Below, one piece after another: positions 1 to 12,367 of a stretch of 64,000 nucleotides of DNA. This DNA comes from Octopus vulgaris (lineage: Eukaryota): positions 45,756,001 through 45,820,000 of the forward strand of contig OX597817.1 of NCBI GenBank assembly GCA_951406725.2, given 5' to 3'. Numbering within the stretch: position 1 is the first letter of the stretch; each line of letters starts with the position of its first letter. The translations under genes were made by a program, and so were the position numbers. A model generated the notes under the pieces. That model saw nothing but the letters and a program-made list of their open reading frames with translations. It was not told the origin of the DNA and made no database searches.

Positions 1-1050
1 TTATAATGCCGACATATTGTCCAATGTAAATACTAGCCGACTATGTCATGTCTTGCTTTATATTCTACAGGTGCTAAGACTCTACACCCTGAGATTAGGT
101 AGTCTATTGTTTCAATCTCATCGTTACAGAATTGGCATTTTGGGACAGCTCCATTTTTTATCACATTGGCTTGGTAGTTCCGGGTTAATAAGCTTTGGTC
201 TTGAGCAGCTAATATGAAACCTTCACTCTCTGCTTTTAGCCCTGAGCTTCGTAACCATTGGTGCGTGTGTTTTTGGTCGACATCAGCTTGTTTGCTACGG
301 GCCACGTACTTGCCATGGAGCGGTTTCTGTTCCCATCTGCTAGCTAAATTTTCATGTGCTTTTGTCTTTGCAATTAATTTTATTTTCTTGGCAGCTGCAG
401 TTGGCGCATTTCCTTCAGCCTGCTCAATCTGGTGGATATCTAGGAGATCAGCAACGAATTTTTTGCTCTCTTTCAGAAAAGAGTGAAGTTTTTTAGGTCT
501 TTCAGGTTTTTCAACAATTTTTTGCATCCAATCGTTGGTTGCTTCAAGGTATTTAGCCAGTCCGACTGTGGTGGTTTGTATGTAAGTTCAAGCTGGATCA
601 AACCTCGACCTCCCTGAGCTCTGGGAAGGTAAAGGCGATCCACGTCTGCCTTTGGATGGTGCATCGTATTACAAGTCAGTAGCTCGCGGATTTTTCGGTC
701 AATTTTTATTATTTCACTGGTATTTCAGTTAAGCACATTGAAGCTATATAGAACAACTGGTACTGCTAAGGAGTTTATGGCTAAAACCCTATTATATGCA
801 TTCAGCTCAGACTTCAGGATTGCTCGAACTCTTCTATAATATTCTTTCTTAACCTTCTCTTTCATGCTTGTATGCTGGATACCAGAGCCTTCATTTATTC
901 CTAGGTATTTATAGGTTTGTTCCTGCTCAAGTTCCTTTATTACTATTTCGACATCTAATTCGATTGAACTAGACTTTACCAATTTCCCTTTCTTAAAAGT
1001 GGCTTTGGCACACTTTTCAAGGCCAAACACCATCCCGATATCATCACTGA
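1..1050 (-). pseudogene. R4/Dong-clade non-LTR retrotransposon ORF remnant (RT C-terminal part to CCHC-like knuckle), frameshifted; runs off the window edge
   Basis: Three consecutive minus ORFs give SDDIGMVFGLEKCA...YKYLG, HHPKADVDRLYLPRAQGGRGL, PLHGKY...AESEGFILAAQDQSL and KCQFC...ETIDYLISGC...YKARHD, all motifs typical of R4/Dong RT-REL proteins. Confidence 0.88.
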
Positions 1051-1330
1051 TACCACGAAACATCAAAATGGCAGAAATTCAAAAGATAGGGCTCATGGGA
1101 ACTGTTCATATCCTACGAAAAAACTTTCTATGCAATCTCAAGTTTAAAATAAAAAATAATTTTCGTATGGTTTTTTAGGCATTTACTAGTACAACACTAA
1201 GTACAAAACCAAATATATTACACCCTAGGCATAACACCAACGCGAACTTCCAACTCGTTGTCTCTTGAGGTCTCTGGGTGAGACTTGGAGCCAGCTTGTG
1301 CAAATGTAAAGCAAAAGTGAAACATAGAAT
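1050..1330 (+). mobile_element. R4/Dong element 3' end (last codons plus 3' UTR) ending in a (TAA)n tract
   Basis: 1068-1121 translates MAEIQKIGLMGTVHILRK, the usual R4/Dong C-terminus; the UTR runs directly into TAA/TGA repeats. Confidence 0.8.
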
Positions 1331-1343
1331 AATCATAATAATA

Positions 1344-1376
<33 letters not shown>

Positions 1377-1394
1377 CTGCTGATGATGATGATG

Positions 1395-1473
<79 letters not shown>

Positions 1474-1489
1474 TAATAATAATAATAAT
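1328..1489. repeat. (TAA)n/(TGA)n compound microsatellite
   Basis: Read directly. Confidence 0.97.
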
Positions 1490-2511
1490 CAGCGTTGATA
1501 CATCTACAAAAGTGTATACACATGAACATATGTAGAAATTCGTTACAAATTGAATAGCAGCTTCATAGATAAACATTAGACGCATAAACTGTCTTTTTAA
1601 CCCAACTTTGGGCTATTCAGTTTTTGAACATATTTATTAGACGTTAGCCATAATTACATGCTTAATACATGTTAAATGACATTCGGAACATAATCTCAAC
1701 CTATAACCGTTTGCATAATTCCATATTATTTGTAATTCTTTAACAGAACATTCCGATATGTGGAGTGTGTTCCATATGATATATTTATGTGATTGATAAT
1801 GTATAATGGTTTAAGACACATTTGTTGGATATTGCATTTTTCATTTGTTTTCGTAGCATTCACACGTTATAACGTAGAACAACGTCAAATTAGATCAAAA
1901 CGGTAATGTGAAATCTTCACACGTATCCATAAACATATACGAATTCATGAGCAGTTATTCAACCTATTTAGATAATTATTCATCCCTTGATGTTTATATC
2001 TAAAGAAGTTAAACTACTAAAAGAAATAGATTCGAAAGATCAGACGGGATAACTACTATTGTAAAATAACCATATTTTATTGCAATATACCTTGGACAGT
2101 TAAAGTGTGTGTATGTTAAAAATAAGTGGTTCAAAAAGATAATTCGCATCATCGCACCTAAATAAATCACGGAACTTATATTTAGAATGTTGAAACGGTT
2201 TTATTTAGTAGTTGCCATAATGCAGAAATACTTAAAAGATTTACGACGAAATCCCATAACCAATTTTACAGAAATATAACAAAAAAAAAATGGAAGAGAC
2301 ATCGGATAAAATCGGTCGATGAACTTTGTTTGGAATTCGTGTATGTTGTAATAAACGTTGCCCGTGTAATTATAATCTCACGCAAGGTTTGATATCAACA
2401 CAATTATAATTACTTCATTAGTCATTACTAATAAACAGCCGTGTAAGTGAGCTTTCATATTACGATTTTAATGTTGTGCTACGTATTTCTTAAAAAAAAC
2501 ACGCATACATA

Positions 2512-2569
<58 letters not shown>

Positions 2570-3202
2570 TACATATACATAAATATATATTCTGTGTCAG
2601 GCAGAGAATATACACACCACTAAAACCGGGAAACCAGCCTATATGTTGTCAGTGTATATATTGGTGTGTGCGTGCATGTGTGTGTGTGTGTGTGTGGTCA
2701 TGCATGTATATGCATAAAGTTAGGAGGCACGAGAAGTGAATATAGATGTATTTAATCACATAGCATACATTGGCTTACCGGCGTTTCAATACATACATCG
2801 TGTAGTATTAATTTCAGGACACAATAAATTATACACATATGTTAGCATTAATATAAGAGCTCGGAATTTAACAATGCAAATGAATATTCACAAATCCATG
2901 AAAATAAACAAAGCTAGCTCATCAGATGACCAGAACATCATGGTTACATTAGTTAAAATCTAAATAAACAAACAAAATTTACTCAACATTCACCTCTCAT
3001 AATTCCTGACTTTTCATATACTCCACTCTGAATGAGTTTATCGCTTGACTTTTAATGACATGGTTATTTACAAAGCACTATTTGTAAATAATTATTGTGA
3101 CCTGATAGCCGAATCCGTGCAAGGAGCTTACTCTGCGGGTACCTTAGTCCATATCTTATATAAACATATTTCTATGTGTTGGCATGCGTGTGTCTATGTA
3201 TG

Positions 3203-3273
<71 letters not shown>

Positions 3274-4014
3274 AAAGGGCTTAGTAAAATAAATTACTTT
3301 GCCGCATACTGAACTCATTAGAAATAGCAGCTAAAAAACTTTTTTAAAAACTATTTCCAATATTTAAAGAAAACCTCTCTCATATAGTGTTTGCTCAATT
3401 CAACTCACGAAAGTATGAGGGTAGAGACATTAAAAAAATCAAATGCAAAGGTTATTTGAGAACGTACGTTTCAAGATTAGTCAAAATCGACACTTCTATC
3501 AACAGCTCAGAACTCCCTGGTTTGGATTTGAAAACACTGAAAGTGGGAGCATACCCTTTCGGCTTGTTATCACTTCTGAAGATCTGCTCAAAACTAACAG
3601 TGCTAGCAAATTCAAATATGCAAGCGAAGAATTTCTGCTCTCCCCTTTCCACCTTTCGGATTTTACCGAAAAAAGCATAGTGATTGCTGATTTAACCCAC
3701 GCTTTTTTAAAACTATTTCTAATACTTAAAGAAAACCTCTCTGGTGAAATTGATTAATAATTAATTAATTTTACCCTCAATTGTTGAAATTATAATTAAT
3801 CTCCCTCTAATTAATGCTTCGGATTTTACCGAAATAAGCATAGTGTTTGCTGATTTTAACCCACGCTGGTGGAAAGGGGAGAACAGAAATTCTTCGCTTG
3901 CATATTTGAGTTTGTTGGCACTGTTGGTTACGAGCAGATCTTCGAAAGCTTTGAGAAGCCGAAAGGGTATGCTCTCAGCATTTCAGTGTTTTCAAATCCA
4001 AACCAAGGAGATTC

Positions 4015-4066
4015 TGAGCTGATGATAGAAGTGTCGTGTTGACTAATCTTGAAACGTACGTTCTCA
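4015..4066 (+). ncRNA. Minimal type-I hammerhead ribozyme-like motif, core intact
   Basis: tgag-CTGATGA-(imperfect stem II aga..gtc/gac..tct)-GAAAC-gtac-GTT-ctca; stem I tgag/ctca; palindromic stem III AACGTACGTT. Confidence 0.72.
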
Positions 4067-4581
4067 AATAAACCTTGCATTTGATTTTTTTAATGTCTCT
4101 ACCTCATACTTCACGTGAGTTGAATTGAGCAAACACTATATGAGAGAGGTTTTCTTTAAGTATTGGAAAAAATCAAATGCAAAGGTTATTTGAGAACGTA
4201 CGTTTCTAATGATTCAGTATCAAATAACTTCTATCATCAGCTCAGAACTCCCTTATATGGATTTGAAAACACTGAAGTGAATTCGCCTTTCGGTCCCTTT
4301 GTATCACTTCTGAAGATCTGCTCAAAACTAACAGTGCTAGCAAATTCAAATATGCAAGCGAAGAATTTCTGCTCTCCCCTTTCCACCTTTCGGATTTTAC
4401 CGAAAAAAGCATAGTGTTTGCTGATTTAACCCACGCTGGTGGAAAGGGGAGAGCAGAAATTCTTCGCTTGCATATTTGAATTTGCTAGCACTGTTAGTTT
4501 TGAGCAGATCTTCAGAAGTGATAACAAGCCGAAAGGGTATGCTCCCACTTTCAGTGTTTTCAAATCCAAACCAGGGAGTTC

Positions 4582-4634
4582 TGAGCTGGTGATAGAAGTG
4601 TCGATTTTGACTAATCTTGAAACGTACGTTCTCA
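4582..4634 (+). ncRNA. Hammerhead-like motif with core mutation (CTGGTGA)
   Basis: Same context as intact copies with an A6->G change; the inverted copy at 3457-3509 reads CTGTTGA. Confidence 0.55.
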
Positions 4635-4919
4635 AATAACCTTTGCATTTGATTTTTTTAATGTCTCTACCCTCATACTTTCGTGAGTTGAATTGAGCAA
4701 ACACTATATGAGAGAGGTTTTCTTTAAGTATTGGAAATAGTTTTTAAAAAAGTTTTTCAGCTGCTATTTCTAATGAGTTCAGTATGCGGCAAAGTAATTT
4801 ATTTTACTAAGCCATTTTATATAATGTAATAATTTGAATTCGCCTTAAATGGTCCCTTTGTATACTGAATACTTGGTGATATTGATTAATTAATTAATTT
4901 TACCCTCAATTGTTGAAAT

Positions 4920-4987
<68 letters not shown>

Positions 4988-5431
4988 TTGGTATGTATGA
5001 CATTTTATTAACGTCTGAATGTATAAATCTGTACTTGTATTCTGTATCCATTAAAATTGTATCTCGGCGATTTTATATATAAAGTACAAATAAAGACGCT
5101 TATGTAAATTCAGGTTGCAATAGACGACACGATTTATTATGAGAATTATGGATTATGAAACATTATGATTCAAAAACGCTTAGAATTGTTTTCCCACCTA
5201 ATAAATCATGTCTGATACAGCGTTATTAACGTGTAAAATATATTCATTCTGAGGAGATATTTAGAGAGCGAAAACACTAATGTTCGGTTGAAAATCTGTA
5301 TTGCATCAGGTTGTTGCATACATAGCTTTTTTGATCTTATAAATATATATATATATATATTTATGTATATCTATCTCTCAATCTGTCAATATGTATATGT
5401 GTGTGAGAGAGTATACGTATATATATATATG

Positions 5432-5484
<53 letters not shown>

Positions 5485-5871
5485 TCGGGGTGAGTACTTG
5501 ATAATTATAAGCACCTGTGTGTACCGTTTGGTGGTGTAGGTGGTGGAGTAAATTGATCAAAATAAAATAAAAACATGATGCGAAGGATTCAGCGGTACAT
5601 ATATATATATATAGGGATACACATATAGTCACAAATATTTATATATGTGTAAGCAATATCCTAGGGTGGGCGGAATGGAACGAATGTGACAGAGATCTCG
5701 AAGATAGTATAAATACGCATTAGAGCTACTCTTTCAATGTCTTGAAGGTATTATAGAAATCTATTTATCCCTGTTCTCTTCGTATTTGTTGTTTCATAGA
5801 TTTAAGTAAAGAAAACAGCAAACTTTTAAGCCAACCCTTGATCGAAATTAATTCTGTTTACCACTATTCAG

Positions 5872-5913
<42 letters not shown>

Positions 5914-5963
5914 AACAGCAGTTTGTACAGGTATTTATTATATTGATACATTCATTTATACGC

Positions 5964-6122
<159 letters not shown>

Positions 6123-6663
6123 ATATATATGTCACATCACCATCACACTCACTCATACAAAGACAGTAACAGATTCGTCTGTTTGATATAACTTATCAAA
6201 TAAATAACAAGAAAGTGTGCATAAAAGCGTCCGTACTAAATAAGGTAACAAAAAGGAGTTTGCCAAAAAATGTTTTTTTCTTCTTCTATCTTTGTTTATA
6301 ATCAATAAATTTCTGTTAGAAAGGCAATTCAGATCAGATCAACTCCTGCAGACTGTGACGACTGCCTTACAATTCACCACCTAACCATAAATAAATGATC
6401 GAACCAATCAATGGCGATTCTTTAAAAATTCCTTACAATCTCCACAAAACAAACTAGAATTGTATAGAGCTTTGTGCAACACTGTTTTATATTTTTTTGC
6501 TATTATATGTAATTTTGTTCAGTGTCTTTAATGATTCCTTTTTTTTGTCTTCATTACAGTAATGCTCTCTAAGAAATGCTGACAAGAAAGAAACCTCATG
6601 CGATATTATTGAAATATCCTGTTTCATACACACCTACATTTATGTTTGGGCATATATAAATAC

Positions 6664-6715
<52 letters not shown>

Positions 6716-6829
6716 GCATATATACATATATATATGTATACATGTACATATATATATATATATATACATATATACATATAGATATACATATATATATACA
6801 TATATATATATGTATATCTATATGTATAT

Positions 6830-6868
<39 letters not shown>

Positions 6869-7260
6869 TATATATATGTACATATATATATATATGTATA
6901 TATATACATATATATATGTATATGTATATATATACATATATATATATATATACATATGCATATACATATTATATATGATAGTTTCTGTATGAGGGAGAGT
7001 TGCACTATATTTTTAGTTTTTTTTTATTCGAAACATAATTTCATTTAAAAGAGTTGCATAGCATGGATGTTCCTGGTTTCAAAGAGAAATTTGCAATTTA
7101 TTATTTGTACTTAAGTACTGGAGGTCAATCATACATTCCCTTTTCAATTCTGTTCACCTTATTGTCGTTCTCTTTCAGAAATGTCGAAGTGTCTTTTTCA
7201 TTTAGATGAAAATACAAACCCAAACATAAGCGTAGCGGGATATTTATTTTTAAAGTTACA

Positions 7261-7679
7261 TATTCTTTTCTTTCTTTTATTCTTTTATATGTTTCAGTCC
7301 ATCGACTATGGCCATGCTGGAGCACCGCCATTGTAATCATCTTTCCACTTTCTCCCTTTGTCGGAGCGACTTTTAGCGAAGGATGGAGTTCGATGCTACT
7401 GCCCTCTTTTGAGTTTCCTGCTTAGATATTGGCTCAGCTGGTATCTCAGCAAACCAGAGGTCAAGTTCACGTTTGAAAACGTCTACATCCACTCCATGGA
7501 TGCTGCTGAGATGCTTCGGCAGACAGTTAAACAGCCGTGGGCCGTTGAAACCCAAGCTATTGCGGTACATCGTCCTTGCCCGAGATGAAGCAGTCGGCAC
7601 AGTGGGGACAGCACAGTAAAGGTCCTGTTCGTGGTCGGGGATAGCTCTTTATTCCAAAGTTTGGTACCAGTCCTTCTAG

Positions 7680-7686
<7 letters not shown>
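7261..7686 (-). pseudogene. CR1/L2-group LINE 3' end (ORF2 C-terminus plus tail), downstream half
   Basis: Minus strand KILEGLVPNFGI...NSLGFNGPRLFNCLPKHL...VFKRELDLWF...ASNSI; tail ggcggtgctccagcatggcc...ctgaaac...aaaagaat; homologous to 62600-63035. Confidence 0.85.
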
Positions 7687-7737
<51 letters not shown>

Positions 7738-7918
7738 AAAGGGCTTAGTAAAATAAATTACTTTGCCGCATACTGAACTCATTAGAAATAGCAGCTAAAA
7801 AACTTTTTTAAAACTATTTCTAATACTTAAAGAAAACCTCTCTCGTATAGTGTTTGCTCAGCTCAACTCACGAAAGTTTGGGGGTAAAGACATCAAAAAA
7901 TCAAATGCAAAGGTTATT

Positions 7919-7970
7919 TGAGAACGTACGTTTCAAGATTAGTCAACACGACACTTCTATCATCAGCTCA
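7919..7970 (-). ncRNA. Minimal hammerhead-like motif, core intact
   Basis: Reverse complement of the motif at 8674-8725. Confidence 0.72.
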
Positions 7971-8673
7971 GAAACTCCTTGGTTTGGATTTGAAAACACT
8001 GAAAGTGAGAGCATACCCTTTCGGCTTCTCATCGCTTTCGAAGATCTGCTCGTAACCAACAGTGCCAACAAACTCAAATATGCAAACGAAGAATTTCTGT
8101 TCTCCCCTTTCCACCAGCGTGGGTTAAAATCAGCAAACACTATGCTTTTTTCGGTAAAATCCGAAGCATTAATTAGAGGGAGATTAATTATAATTTCAAC
8201 AATTGAGGGTAAAATTAATTAATTATTAATCAATTTCACCAGAGAGGTTTTCTTTAAGTATTAGAAATAGTTTTAAAAAAGTTTTTTAGCTGCTATTTCT
8301 AATGAGTTCAGTATGCGGCAAAGTAATTTATTTTACTAAGCCCTTTTATATAATGTAATAATTTGAATTCGCCTTAAATGGTCCCTTTGCATACTGAACA
8401 CTTGGTGAAATTGATTAATAATTAATTAATTTTACCCTCAATTGTTGAAATTATAATTAATCTCCCTCTAATTAATGCTTCGGATTTTACCGAAATAAGC
8501 ATAGTGTTTGCTGATTTTAACCCACGCTGGTGGAAAGGGGAGAACAGAAATTCTTCGCTTGCATATTTGAGTTTGTTGGCACTGTTGGTTACGAGCAGAT
8601 CTTCGAAAGCGATGAGAAGCCGAAAGGGTATGCTCTCACTTTCAGTGTTTTCAAATCCAAACCAAGGAGTTTC

Positions 8674-8725
8674 TGAGCTGATGATAGAAGTGTCGTGTTG
8701 ACTAATCTTGAAACGTACGTTCTCA
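8674..8725 (+). ncRNA. Minimal hammerhead-like motif, core intact
   Basis: CTGATGA at 8678-8684, GAAAC at 8710-8714, then gtacGTTctca. Confidence 0.72.
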
Positions 8726-9222
8726 AATAACCTTTGCATTTGATTTTTTGATGTCTTTACCCCCAAACTTTCGTGAGTTGATTTGAGCAAACACTATACG
8801 AGAGAGGTTTTCTTTAAGTATTTTAAAAAGTTTTTTAGCTGCTATTTCTAATGAGTTCAGTATGCGGCAAAGTAATTTATTTTACTAAGCCCTTTTATAT
8901 AATGTAATAATTTGAATTCGCCTTAAATGGTCCCTTTGCATACTGAACACTTGGTGAAATTGATTAATAATTAATTAATTTTACCCTCAATTGTTGAAAT
9001 TATAATTAATCTCCCTCTAATTAATGCTTCGGATTTTACCGAAATAAGCATAGTGTTTGCTGATTTTAACCCACGCTGGTGGAAAGGGGAGAACAGAAAT
9101 TCTTCGCTTGCATATTTGAGTTTGTTGGCACTGTTGGTTACGAGCAGATCTTCGAAAGCGATGAGAAGCCGAAAGGGTATGCTCTCACTTTCAGTGTTTT
9201 CAAATCCAAACCAAGGAGTTTC

Positions 9223-9274
9223 TGAGCTGATGATAGAAGTGTCGTGTTGACTAATCTTGAAAAGTACGTTCTCA
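9223..9274 (+). ncRNA. Hammerhead-like motif with stem III mismatch (GAAAA)
   Basis: CTGATGA at 9227-9233; GAAAAgtacGTT in place of GAAACgtacGTT. Confidence 0.6.
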
Positions 9275-9564
9275 AATAACCTTTGCATTTGATTTTTTGA
9301 TGTCTTTACCCCCAAACTTTCGTGAGTTGAGTTGAGCAAACACTATACGAGAGAGGTTTTCTTTAAGTATTTTAAAAAAGTTTTTTAGCTGCTATTTCTA
9401 ATGAGTTCAGTATGCGGCAAAGTAATTTATTTTACTAAGCCCTTTTATATAATGTAATAATTTGAATTCGCCTTAAATGGTCCCTTTGCATACTGAACAC
9501 TTGGTGAAATTGATTAATAATTAATTAATTTTACCCTCAATTGTTGAAATTATATATATATATA

Positions 9565-9780
9565 TAGGGAAAGTTTACGAAAAAAAAGGCGAAGATGTAG
9601 ACAACAAACGAACATATGTATTAGCAGAGCGCTCAGGAATAGAAAAAGTCTTTAACGTTTCGAACCTACGCTCTTCTATAGAAAGGTACACAGAAGAAAC
9701 AAGGAAAGAAAAAAAAATGTGCGTAGTGGCTAACGATCCATCATGGCGTCTGACTCGGACAAAATGGTCAGACGGGAGGA
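9565..9780 (-). mobile_element. PLE-type terminal fragment with a degenerate hammerhead
   Basis: Minus strand tttctatagaagagcgtaggttcGAAACGTTaaagac; same family as 26440-26642; flanked by (TA)n. Confidence 0.5.
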
Positions 9781-9804
9781 TATATATATATATATATATA
9801 TATA

Positions 9805-9955
9805 CATATCACTGTATACCTCTCACGCCTTCGTTCCAGGGAATAGAATCGTAGCTCTTTCAAGCTGTCCCAGTAGCTTAATCGTTCCATTGATGCAATT
9901 TTCTTTGTGTAATATCGTTGGACTGCTTCAAGCTCTGCTATCGTCCTATGCAAGC
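9805..9955 (-). pseudogene. CR1/L2-group LINE fragment, upstream half of the element at 7261-7686
   Basis: IAELEAVQRYYTKKIASMERLSYWDSLKELRFYSLERRRERYTVI; in the 61819 ORF this segment runs straight into YIWKILEG. Confidence 0.85.
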
Positions 9956-10649
9956 AACATGTTTATTTATCACTCAAAGTACTTTTAGAAGTAATATGAC
10001 TGGTAAAGAGAGGCAAAGGTATAACAACGATATTGGTTTCTGCTGAACACTACTTCGATCTCAGTATGTAGTATATACTTCATTTACTGATACGATTAAT
10101 AGCATATTGAACAAACCTACATGTGGAATTCTATTCCCTGCATTGCGCTCTAGTTTTATCAACGAACAAGGATCTACAGAAAGAATACTTGCATTCAATG
10201 TAATGTCCATTCGTAATTTTTAAGATAATTACAAAGAAAGTTGTAGGAGATCAAATAGAACATTTTATCTGGTAATTAATACACAAGTGTATGGTACAAA
10301 CCATATCAGAGTACAAAACATAATTCGCAATATAGTCCTGCAATATAAAATCTGAGTTTGATACAAAACGCTTTCAAATGTAAACATCAAACACAGTACT
10401 AGCAGATTGTTATACACACCTCCCTAAATACCCACCAAAGAACATAATCGCTCTCGCACAATACTACACGATCTACGGAGTCGTGACGTATAAGAGAGCA
10501 GAAACTCAAGAGAAAGTTGAAAGGTAAAACTAACACGAAAAAACGAAAATAGTCATACTCCATCAGAATGCAACTCCGATACAGTATATATGCATAATTC
10601 TACATCTCTATATTTGCAAAGGGGTTCGTACTCCAGTAACAATTATTAC

Positions 10650-10650
<1 letters not shown>

Positions 10651-10680
<30 letters not shown>

Positions 10681-11066
10681 CTTCTTCTTCTTCTTCTTCT
10701 TCTTCTTCTTCTTCTTCTTCTTCTTCTTCTTCTTCTTCTTTTTCTTCTACTTCTACTTTTTTTCTTCTTCTTCTTCTTCTTCTTCTTCTTCTTCTTTTTC
10801 TTCTACTTCTACTTTTTCTTCTTCTCCTCCTCCTTCTTCTGCTTCTCCACTTCCTCCTCTTCTCCTCTTTCTTCTTCTCTTCCTCTTTCTTTAGTTATCA
10901 TCATCATTATCCTCCTCCCCCTCGTCCTCCTTATCATCCTCATCATTATGATGATGATGATGATTATGATTATTATTATTATGGTTATTATTATTATGAT
11001 TATTATTATTATGATTATTATTATTATTATTATTATTATTATCATTATTATTATTATTATTATTAT

Positions 11067-11110
<44 letters not shown>

Positions 11111-11130
11111 ATAGTAGTAGTAGTAGTAGT
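10651..11130. repeat. Compound trinucleotide microsatellite (CTT)n-(CCT/CAT)n-(TTA)n-(TAG)n
   Basis: Read directly. Confidence 0.97.
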
Positions 11131-11282
11131 AGAATTCCAAATTTTAAAGCTGTCGACTTTGCATTCATTTTTTCTCTGGATAAATAAATTTAGCAGCAGT
11201 TACACACTTGGATAATAGGCTACCCCCACCCTAAAAAAAATTCCATGCCTATAGTAGATTGCCATTATTATTGTTATTATTA

Positions 11283-11329
<47 letters not shown>

Positions 11330-11990
11330 GACGAAGTGACGCCAGGTTACAAATATACAAAAGCCCAATATACCATCATGACTACCCTTACACCAGATCA
11401 GATAGATGTATCACAACTATATGTGCAAGACATTGTGACCTCAAGAACTCCTTTACTCACAGCCCCTAATGCAAATCTTGAAGTTACCCTCATCACACAT
11501 TTCATATTCCAAATCCTCGCAATCTCAAATTTTAAGGGTTTGTATATTTTTAAAATTTTACGCCTTATTTCTTCACAATTCTGAAATCAAATGGAGATGA
11601 AGGATGAGTTAGTAAGCAACTTCTCTTTTTCTGTTTTATTATTATTTTGTATGGCTTGTTAATTTCTGTATTATTATCCATTTTATTTGGAAGATCCCAT
11701 AAAATCTTGCCTTTTACCGACGCAAGTATTCTTGCTACATGAAGATTAAACCAAATACGTTCAGCTTCTAGTTCCTATTTCTGATAAAGCCTCCAGTGCA
11801 AAACTTTCACAACTTGGTCACGCATTCGTTCCTTATATTCTTCCTGGGCCAACTTGCGACACGCTGCAACAGCAGGTGGTATTGTTTCATCCCAAGTTCC
11901 ACACACTCTACATTTTGCGCACACCTTCTAGCCATACAAATATTTTCTCAATTTGTTTGTAGCGCGTGCTAAAACTCTGTCTCTTTCCTC
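11330..11990 (-). pseudogene. Old, degraded R4/Dong element 3' part next to (TAA)n
   Basis: Manual minus translation: KCRVCGTWDETI..AACRKLAQEEYKERMRDQVVKVLHW...KILWD and LKFEIARIWNM...ALGAVSK; TTA tract at 11265-11328. Confidence 0.65.
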
Positions 11991-12367
11991 AATTACGTCG
12001 ATCGACTTTTCTTTTCTTCCTTCCGGGGTTGATAAAATAATACAAGTTAAACACTGGGGTCGATCTAATCGACTTACGTCGTTCCCCGAAGTTGTTGGCT
12101 TTGTGACAAAATTTGAAATCAGTAAACGTGCAAATGACAGTAGCACTATAAATCCAATGACATATAAAAAGTATTCTACATTATTTACATTATTTACATT
12201 CGACGAATATTTGTCCTCATCTTGTTTCTTGTTAACACGTTTCGGCTGATATACCTTCCAGACTTCTTCATGTGTCTTGGGGAAATTTCAAACCTGAGTT
12301 CCCATTCCTAAGGTATTTTTCGATGTTGTTGTTGTTGTTGTTGTTATTGTTGCTGTTGTTATTGTTC

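Larger units (their letters stand above)
3267..4921. mobile_element. Array 1 of a non-coding hammerhead-bearing repeat (about four partial or complete units in alternating orientation) within (TA)n
   Basis: 3267-3653 is the reverse complement of about 4437-4824; further copies at 3743-4168 (+) and 4167-4388 (-, mosaic); (TA)n on both sides. Confidence 0.85.
7731..9551. mobile_element. Array 2 of the same repeat: one inverted unit, then head-to-tail ~549-bp units, within (TA)n
   Basis: Near-identical ORF-track entries at 8422 and 8971 (period 549) and an inverted copy at 7854-8222; flanked by (TA)n. Confidence 0.9.

Noticed and set aside
4389-4720. A-to-I editing imprint explaining differences between unit variants (tag->tgg)
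   Set aside because: Differences run both ways (A>G and G>A) and include transversions, so there is no clear bias
8593-8636. Second ribozyme in the unit (gagca...cgatgag...cgaaagggtatgctc)
   Set aside because: Forms a plausible hairpin but lacks a CTGANGA box and varies between copies
7854-9339. Repeated 122-aa and 65-aa ORFs as a small gene family
   Set aside because: They recur only because the DNA unit repeats; frames differ between unit variants, starts are non-ATG and no domain is recognisable
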